Below, piece after piece: positions 8,731 to 14,665 of a stretch of 60,788 nucleotides of DNA. The stretch is from a bacterium (GTDB taxonomy: Bacteria > Patescibacteriota > Minisyncoccia > UBA6257 > 2-01-FULL-56-20). Position numbers and translations under genes: made by a program. The stretch is from NCBI GenBank assembly GCA_021827685.1, contig JAKAUM010000012.1, positions 1 to 60,788 of the forward strand. The letters run 5' to 3'. The notes under the pieces were generated by a model. That model ran no database searches, was not told where the DNA came from, and was given only the letters and a program-made list of their open reading frames with translations. Numbering within the stretch: position 1 is the stretch's first letter; each line of letters begins with the position of its first letter.

Positions 8731-9053
8731 GTTATTGCGTTTATTATACCGCTTATAGGCCGAAAAATCAAATGATTTTCTTTACCATTTCCCATCGCAC
8801 GGTGCGCGATTTTAAGATCGGCGTTGAGAAATTCGCCGACTTTCCCTATATAGCTCGACAGGAGTTCTCGATCTCTGTCTAAAATTACGAAGTCGTCGCA
8901 GTAGCGCATGTAATACTTCGCGCGCAGAGTCATTTTTATGAATTGATCGGGTTCGTTCAGATAGATATTCGCGAAGAGCTGGCTCGTGAGGTTGCCGAGC
9001 GGCAGTCCCTGTATGTCAACATCCCTTTTGTGAGACAAGAGCCAAAATCCCAA
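8727..9053 (-). pseudogene. internal remnant of a DGR-type reverse transcriptase (motifs 4-5 only)
   Basis: Translation QGLPLGNLTSQLFANIYLNEPDQFIKMTLRAKYYMRYCDDFVILDRDRELL. It carries the LGxxxSQ motif-4 signature of DGR RTs and a YxDD catalytic box (YCDD). N-terminal fingers motifs 1-3 and the thumb are absent. The apparent start is a TTG 5 nt after the P3 stop. Confidence 0.75.
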
Positions 9054-9058
9054 AGCAC

Positions 9059-9910
9059 CTATTCACGAGGGAAAACAACCTGAGGGCGGAACCCCAAGGC
9101 GTCGTTCCGTCCGACGGGATTACCCCAGTAGACGTTCGAGAGACCACCGCTCCCCGAGTGGCCACCATCAAGGCGCCTCCGGCCATTCATGTAAGAATCC
9201 TCGAACCATTCCAATGAATTCGTCTCGCCCCATGAAGGGTGGTGGGCGTTGCCGAGATAATTCCACTCGATGGCGCGGGGAAGGCGGAGATATTTTTCTG
9301 GAACATCAAGGGCTTCCGCGATCGCTTTCTTTACTTCCGGTTCGTGCAGTTCATCCCATGCGATCCCGAAGCGGGAGCATTTGACTTCAAAAGCTCCGAT
9401 GGCTTTTTTCTTTCTCAATTCTTCAAGCGTTTTAGCAAGTACGTCCTCTTTATACGCCTGCTTGCCGTCTTCGTAATGCGGTTTGTCCCTGCCGTCTACA
9501 AGTATCCATGCCGCAGGCAGCGTTGCTGCATCAGCGGCGACTTCTTTTGCTTCCAATATTTCATAAAACCAGTCCCGCGGCTTCTTCTTCCAGCCGGGCA
9601 GTTCGCGGTCTTTTTTCATTTCTTCCGCCGGCAGGTAGTGGAGTTCGAGCCCCATTTCTTTCCATTTCTCGTAGCGTTCTGCCGTAATTTCTTCCGGGAG
9701 CTCCGGAATCTCAATGTCGTATCCGAAAAAGTTGCGGAGTGATTCTGCTTCCCGATCTATCAGCTCCCGGAATTCCAATAATTCCGGATTGATGAGCCCT
9801 TTTTCTTTCTGCGCTTCCCCAAGCGCCTTTTCTACCTTCTTTTGAACAGAGGTCTTGTATTGGTCGGGGTTGTACTCTTCGTATATTTTGTAACCGGGGA
9901 AGCGCTCCAT
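9059..9910 (-). CDS. variable-tail paralog P3
   Basis: 283 aa with an ATG start 12 nt after the AAA ATPase stop. Same family as P1 and P2. Confidence 0.85.
   Translation of the reverse strand: MERFPGYKIYEEYNPDQYKTSVQKKVEKALGEAQKEKGLINPELLEFRELIDREAESLRNFFGYDIEIPELPEEITAERYEKWKEMGLELHYLPAEEMKKDRELPGWKKKPRDWFYEILEAKEVAADAATLPAAWILVDGRDKPHYEDGKQAYKEDVLAKTLEELRKKKAIGAFEVKCSRFGIAWDELHEPEVKKAIAEALDVPEKYLRLPRAIEWNYLGNAHHPSWGETNSLEWFEDSYMNGRRRLDGGHSGSGGLSNVYWGNPVGRNDALGFRPQVVFPRE
9098..9193 (-). repeat. hypervariable block (putative DGR VR) of P3
   Basis: Encodes YMNGRRRLDGGHSGSGGLSNVYWGNPVGRNDA. This copy is the richest in AAC/AAT codons. Confidence 0.7.
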
Positions 9911-9922
9911 AACATAATGGGA

Positions 9923-11599
9923 CTATTCTTTGCCCTGCCAGGCGCGCAGCGTCTTCGCCGCAAGTCCGGGTACTTTGAAGTCTTCGGGCTTAGTGTCCTT
10001 GAAGAATTTATTGGCCATAAAGACGCGGATCATATTTTCCCTGTCTTTGCTCGCCCGGCCGCTGATTTCGGCTTTATGGAAAAACTCGCGAAGCACGACG
10101 TCCCCGAGCTGCTCTTTAAATCCGCCGGCTTTCCACGCTTTCATGATTTCGATCTGGTCCTTCAGGGTAACCACAAGCTCCTTGAATGCCAGGCGGTCGC
10201 TTTTCGCCAAACTTTCTTCCGCGCCTTCGCGCACGGAAAGCGTGAAGTCTTCCTGTATCTTGCGGCAGGCGGCGGCAAATCGCTTCAGTTCATCCACCTT
10301 CCCGGCCGCCCCTGTTTCGCTCCACTGGATATTGCCGTGCCGGTCGGCGAGAACGGCGGTCAAAATTCGGAGCGTTTCCGGAGCGATATATTGCCCTTCT
10401 TTATTTTTCTTCCCGAGATCCAAATAGTGAATTTCGCGGGCTCCCGCGCCTCCGATGAAGCGGCGGAGCGTCGCTACATCGAGTTCATAGCGCTGCTTGT
10501 ACCGCTCCGATTTCAAGTTAGCCGTTGCCATAATCGGTGCGCGGATCGGGATTTCCTCGCCGGTTACGGGATGCTTCCAAACATCGCCGACCCGCTTTTG
10601 CAAAAGGTCGTGCAAAATTCCCGCGAACTCGTGGGGCATAAGATTCACTTCATCTAAAATCACGGGGCGCCCTTCTTTTTGCGCTTTCACGAATTCGGAA
10701 TAGTCAAAAACCGTCTCACCGCCTTTGAGTCCTCGGGTGCCCAAGATCTGCGATTCTTTGATCTGTTCCTGTATGGAAATGAGCGCCGGCGCTTTTCTCA
10801 AATATCTCTCCGAAATATATTTCGCAAGCTGCGATTTCCCCGAGCCGGTTTCGCCCTGGAAAAGAACCGGGGCGCCCTGAAGCAGATCCGGCAGTATGGC
10901 GCGGATGAGTTCCGTGCGCGATTCCGTTTCGGCAAAACTGTATTGCTCCAAATCGCGCTGCATCTTGCGGATGCCGCGCCGCTCGAGCATATCGATTGTG
11001 TCCGGATCAAGCTCGAAGTTTTTTATCGTTTCCTGAAGTTCGCCCTTGCGGGTTGCGAGGTCGGCCATTTTCTTCCGCTCGATGGGCCCCGGCGCCCGCC
11101 CCACTTTCTCGTAAACCATCTGAAGCTTTTTCTCTGCCGAGGTTATCGCGTCAAGTTCTTTTTCGGCATGTTCATACTGCAAAGATTTCGTAAGCGTTTG
11201 TTTCTTTTTCTCGAATTGCTCCTTATAAGTTCGTAAAACTTCCGGATTGCTCGCCAACTCTTTGATGCGGGCATCGTATTCCGTAAGCGTCGTTTCTTGA
11301 AATTCCGCGAGTTCCGGATCGAGTGAAAGCGCCTCGAGATGCGCCGCGACTTCGTTTTCTCCTTTGGCCTTCAAATCTGCGAGCTCCGTTTTGCTTTTCA
11401 CACCCCATGCTTCGTTCACGTGCTTCGCGACTTCGGCGCGGGAAGCCGAAAGCTCCGCGAGCTCATTTACGCGAGATTCCAATTCCTCGCGTGAAAGTGG
11501 TTTCTCTTTTTTAGATGGCTTTTCCACGCTCTCCCGCTCAAGAATCACTTCGGGGGTGGTTTTTACTTCGGGAATATGCGGCAACTTTTCTGGAGACAT
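9923..11599 (-). CDS. MoxR/AAA_5-like P-loop ATPase with a long coiled-coil N-terminal region
   Basis: Walker A is GETGSGKS and Walker B is VILDEVN, followed by an ATANL sensor-like segment. The track ORF starts at a TTG (11662); the first ATG is at 11599 (MSPEKLPH...). Confidence 0.8.
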   Translation of the reverse strand: MSPEKLPHIPEVKTTPEVILERESVEKPSKKEKPLSREELESRVNELAELSASRAEVAKHVNEAWGVKSKTELADLKAKGENEVAAHLEALSLDPELAEFQETTLTEYDARIKELASNPEVLRTYKEQFEKKKQTLTKSLQYEHAEKELDAITSAEKKLQMVYEKVGRAPGPIERKKMADLATRKGELQETIKNFELDPDTIDMLERRGIRKMQRDLEQYSFAETESRTELIRAILPDLLQGAPVLFQGETGSGKSQLAKYISERYLRKAPALISIQEQIKESQILGTRGLKGGETVFDYSEFVKAQKEGRPVILDEVNLMPHEFAGILHDLLQKRVGDVWKHPVTGEEIPIRAPIMATANLKSERYKQRYELDVATLRRFIGGAGAREIHYLDLGKKNKEGQYIAPETLRILTAVLADRHGNIQWSETGAAGKVDELKRFAAACRKIQEDFTLSVREGAEESLAKSDRLAFKELVVTLKDQIEIMKAWKAGGFKEQLGDVVLREFFHKAEISGRASKDRENMIRVFMANKFFKDTKPEDFKVPGLAAKTLRAWQGKE

Positions 11600-11753
11600 A
11601 TTATTGAAATTATAATAGCAAAACAAGCATTTCTCAAAATTCCGTCGAGCTATGTATTCCAATAATACTACAGATGCTCTAATAAGTCAACCTTTTCGCA
11701 CTGGTTCCCCACCAGGGCGGCCTTATCCGACTTATAGCTCCCTCGCGCCCTTC

Positions 11754-12047
11754 TTATCGCATCCCTTTGAATACGATGCCAGTTGTTCTTTGCAAAAGTT
11801 CCAATGTCGCCCGCACGGATGGGTTGCTGGTGTGCCGTAATTGGACTCTATCGCCGTAGGTTTTCCCGAGCGGCGTCAGAAATTCGTCGCCCCATGAAGG
11901 TGAAAAGGTCAAAACGTCCTCGAAGTCGATCTCGAGATTCTCATCCTCTTTGATGTCGCGCAATGTCGGCTGGAATGCCGCGAACGATTCGCGTCCGGCT
12001 TGGCGGGAAATGAGGGTCGTCCCGAATTTTTTGAGTTCGATGGTCAT
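11754..12047 (-). CDS. STAS-like small protein (DUF4325-like)
   Basis: 97 aa with an ATG start. The pattern ISRQAGRE...LEIDFEDVLTFSPSWGDEFL matches the DUF4325/STAS-like architecture. The gene starts 5 nt after the GHKL gene stop. Confidence 0.55.
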   Translation of the reverse strand: MTIELKKFGTTLISRQAGRESFAAFQPTLRDIKEDENLEIDFEDVLTFSPSWGDEFLTPLGKTYGDRVQLRHTSNPSVRATLELLQRTTGIVFKGMR

Positions 12048-12052
12048 GGATT

Positions 12053-12775
12053 TTAATATGATATGAGGACAAGGCAGCCGCGTAGGTTCTCTTTGCTTTT
12101 CGCCACAATGAAATCGGTATCCCTGCCTTTCATGGTAAGTGCTGCGTCGCCGCTTTGGAAGGAGATGTTAATGTTATTTTCAGAAACGACCTCCTTCACG
12201 TACTTCAGTCCGTTGCCCCGCCCCTCGGGAGCGCGGCCGGAGATGACTTCCGTAAACGCGACCTTCAGGGCATCTTCGTAGTTATTCAGCGCCGGTCTCA
12301 CCCGCTTCAATGTTTCGAGGACGCCGATACCTCTATCGGCCAACACAATCTGCTTTTTCACAAGATCGTACGCGAAGAATATCCCCGGCGTATCCGGCCA
12401 CAATCCGAGATTATGGTCGAATGAGTTGTTCCCTATTTCCCCCGCGACTGACACGAGCAGCGAGAAGAGATCAGGTACCGTGCCGCCGCGAATCATGTCG
12501 TCCTGCATCCTGATGAGCCGCGCCTGGAAAACGGCGCTCGTCTGACAATAGAAACCCTGCGGGAATTCCGCATTGCCCGCGATCCAATCGTGGGCAAGCC
12601 TGAAAAGGTTCTGCGAGAAAATCTCGACATCCTTTCTCCGGTAATAACGGTCTCCTCCTTCCCGTTTCCGGATGGCAGGAAAACGTCCGCTCTCATCCCA
12701 ACGGCGCAACGTCATTATGGAGACGCCCATCAGCTCGGCGGCTTCTCCTATTGGAACCAGATCTTTGTCGTCCAT
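12053..12775 (-). CDS. MerR-type HTH fused to a GHKL (HATPase_c-like) ATPase/kinase domain
   Basis: MerR HTH: IGEAAELMGVSIMTLRRWDESGRFPAIRKREGGDRYYRRKDV. GHKL boxes: N-box EIGNNSFDHN, G1 DRGIG, G2 GRGNGLKY. The track start at 12826 is a TTG; the first ATG is at 12775. Confidence 0.7.
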   Translation of the reverse strand: MDDKDLVPIGEAAELMGVSIMTLRRWDESGRFPAIRKREGGDRYYRRKDVEIFSQNLFRLAHDWIAGNAEFPQGFYCQTSAVFQARLIRMQDDMIRGGTVPDLFSLLVSVAGEIGNNSFDHNLGLWPDTPGIFFAYDLVKKQIVLADRGIGVLETLKRVRPALNNYEDALKVAFTEVISGRAPEGRGNGLKYVKEVVSENNINISFQSGDAALTMKGRDTDFIVAKSKENLRGCLVLISY

Positions 12776-12816
12776 AGCTTTGTTAGCTTCAAGAGCTATT
12801 TTATCATACTTTTTAT

Positions 12817-12884
12817 ATCTATACAAACTTCCCTATATCTATACATCTACCATAAATCTCTATATTTTCCTCTTAATCTATACA
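12817..12884 (-). promoter_or_regulatory. periodic direct repeats upstream of the MerR-GHKL gene (putative operator array)
   Basis: Plus-strand atctataca at 12817, 12837 and 12876, plus a degenerate atctctata at 12856. This gives a period of about 20 nt. The minus-strand motif is TGTATAGAT. Confidence 0.4.
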
Positions 12885-13271
12885 TTGCTTTCCTCCAAAA
12901 TCAGGGCGCCACCCCCCCCTACCCCTACCTACCCTAAATATCCCCATTTTCTCTGATTTCCACTGCCTTTCCGGCGTCTGGGGGCGGACATGTCCGGTTT
13001 TGCGCGAGCCGATCGCCCACTGGCATGCATACGCGGTACACGCTCGGCGTGAAAATCGACAGCCTGCTCGTCGAAACCATCGCACAGATATAAGAAGCGA
13101 ATCGTGCGAGTAAGGGCACGAAGCTGCCGCATCTTGAGCGCGCCGCTCATTATCTCGACCTCGCGAAACTCTTCCTCGAGATGCTCTAGGAGATCAAAGC
13201 GCTGGATAGCGGGAAATATATCTCCCTTTCCGAAAAACTCTTTGAAGCGGGCAGGTAGGCCAGCGGTTGGG

Positions 13272-13385
13272 CGCGGCCGGCTCGTTGTCGTTCCAGTCGT
13301 TGTCGAGCCAGTTATAGTTCCAGTTCCACCTGTTGCCGTTCCAGTACGGGTACTCGACATACAGGTTACCGTTCGCGTTGCGGAA
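13272..13385 (-). repeat. DGR template repeat (TR), 114 nt
   Basis: The minus-strand sequence would read FRNANGNLYVEYPYWNGNRWNWNYNWLDNDWNDNEPAA and contains 11 AAC codons. It is 85/114 identical to 13750..13863. Similarity ends at the ttccgc (5') and ccggccgcg (3') boundaries. Confidence 0.8.
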
Positions 13386-13639
13386 TCGTGCGCCGTGCCA
13401 TCCGCGCCACCATCCGTTGATTACTCTCGGGATTGAATCGTGTTCGGGATGCCCCCAGCACCGCGCACCAAGTATCTTCGTTTTTATTTCGGTTGAAAGA
13501 ACGGCGCTGGCAGAAAGCGTACCCGCTGCCATTCCGCGTTCAGTGATACCGGAATGCGGCCGCCGAAACCGCAGCCTCGGACTTGTTTTGAGCCTTATTC
13601 CGAAATCGTTTTTCACGTCTTATTTTTGTAGATAATAGA

Positions 13640-13680
13640 TAAAAGAAGGCCCGTGCAGAACCGAAGTTCGCGCACGGGCC
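13640..13680 (-). terminator. hairpin/rho-independent terminator downstream of the VR
   Basis: Stem ggcccgtgc(13648-13656)/gcacgggcc(13672-13680). On the minus strand it is followed by TTCTTTTAT. It lies about 70 nt 3' of the VR end. Confidence 0.7.
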
Positions 13681-13734
13681 GAAGAGCAAAGGGGCAGAGG
13701 ATCAGAAAGGTCCAGCTGCCCCATATCCAAAGGA

Positions 13735-14415
13735 CTAACTTGCGAGCGACGCGGCCGGGCTCTGAACGCGCCAGTCGTAGCCGAGCCAGCGGCAGTCCCA
13801 GCGCCACCTGTCGCCGTCCCGGAACAGGTACCCGACATACAGGCTGCTGTTCGCGCCGCGGAAGATGGTTCCCCAGAAATAGGTGTAACCATTCTTCCAC
13901 TCATTAGGAATGAGCTTCGGGTTGGCGAGCAGGGCATCCATGATGCAGGCGTTCAGCACCTGCACGTCCCTCAGCTCCTTGCAGAGCTTGTGGCCCTGGA
14001 TGTAGTTGCCATCCCGCTGCTTTTTTGAGAGGTAACGGACGACTTCCTTGCCGTTCGCATAGAGCTTGCCGTCGTCACGCTTTACGAGGGTGATCGCGCC
14101 CATCGGGCGATGCTCAGTTCCGTCGCCCGTCAGGTAGAGGCCGGATGGGATTTTGGGATTTGCGTCGCAGTCCACGATGATCGACATCGGAAGCGGGGCG
14201 GGCTGCGGTTTCCCGATAACGGGAACCACTGCGGCTGGCGTCTCGAACTTACGTCCTTCGACCACCTGCTGCAGTTCATCCATCACCCAGTCGTATTCGA
14301 GCGTGCCTTCGTTGATCCGGCGCTTCAATTCGTCGGTGCGACGAGTCATCTTTCCGAGCTGCTCATCGTCCATCTTGGTTCCGTCGAGGACAGCGCTTGC
14401 CGTCGTATTCGTCAT
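13735..14415 (-). CDS. DGR target protein (cytoplasmic, no signal peptide) with the VR at its C-terminus
   Basis: 226 aa with an ATG start preceded by AAGGAG. The C-terminal 38 codons form the VR. Confidence 0.85.
   Translation of the reverse strand: MTNTTASAVLDGTKMDDEQLGKMTRRTDELKRRINEGTLEYDWVMDELQQVVEGRKFETPAAVVPVIGKPQPAPLPMSIIVDCDANPKIPSGLYLTGDGTEHRPMGAITLVKRDDGKLYANGKEVVRYLSKKQRDGNYIQGHKLCKELRDVQVLNACIMDALLANPKLIPNEWKNGYTYFWGTIFRGANSSLYVGYLFRDGDRWRWDCRWLGYDWRVQSPAASLAS
13750..13863 (-). repeat. DGR variable repeat (VR), 114 nt
   Basis: Encodes FRGANSSLYVGYLFRDGDRWRWDCRWLGYDWRVQSPAA. There are 29 mismatches to the TR, and 20 of them fall at TR adenines. Confidence 0.8.
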
Positions 14416-14545
14416 GACAGTTTCTCCTTTTTCTGCCGCATAGTTGCAGCTTTGAACGTACCATCACATATGCGCTCAAAGCTGCAACGAAGCGGAAATC
14501 CCTTGGAATATATGGCTTTTCAAAGAGCATTGAGTTACGATTTAT

Positions 14546-14573
14546 ATTATATCATAACTATAATCCTTGTCGA
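14546..14573 (-). promoter_or_regulatory. sigma70-like promoter of the DGR target gene
   Basis: Minus strand: TCGACA, a 16-nt spacer, then TATAAT (-10 at 14546-14551, -35 at 14568-14573). Confidence 0.5.
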
Positions 14574-14665
14574 GACAGCCGTTTCGAGCCTTTTTAGTAT
14601 AGAATTTGCACTCTTGCCACCGCTATCTTCCAGGTTCGTAGGCGACCTCCGCGCAAAACGCTCGT

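Noticed and set aside
8727-9053. The RT fragment as a group II intron or retron RT
   Set aside because: Motif 4 reads LGNLTSQ (DGR-type SQ) rather than the QGxxxSP of group II RTs. No maturase/X domain, intron RNA domains or retron msr/msd-like repeats are nearby, while DGR-like VRs are adjacent.
9098-9193. Whether the P3 tail could itself be the template repeat for P1 and P2, since it has the most AAC/AAT codons
   Set aside because: It lies inside an intact ORF. Only about 4 of 15 variable positions are Asn. P1 and P2 also differ from it at positions where P3 has no adenine (for example GGC vs CAC/TAC/AGC contexts). It is another VR-like copy, not the TR.
12929-13360. 143-aa minus-strand ORF (TGTATGGTGTITGSTTTGTTT...) overlapping the TR in another frame; its 3' part as a possible Avd or RT N-terminus
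   Set aside because: The Thr/Gly-rich part is an alternative-frame reading of the TR. The remainder has no RT motifs 1-3. It has only a vague helical resemblance to Avd, which is not enough to call.
13194-13616. 140-aa minus-strand ORF with an Asn/Trp-rich C-terminus (NANGNLYVEYPYWNGNRWNWNYNWLDNDWNDNE)
   Set aside because: The Asn-rich part coincides exactly with the 114-nt segment homologous to the VR of the neighbouring gene, and its AAC codons are the sites that differ. I interpret it as a non-coding DGR template repeat, not a protein gene.
4893-14415. Search for a cognate TR of the three P-family tails within the window, on both strands
   Set aside because: I scanned the intergenic regions and odd ORFs by eye for the invariant core (GGTGGTCTCTCG / CGAGAGACCACC and TTGGGGTTCCGC). 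Only the three genic copies were found. A computational search of the whole genome is needed before concluding that the TR is absent.
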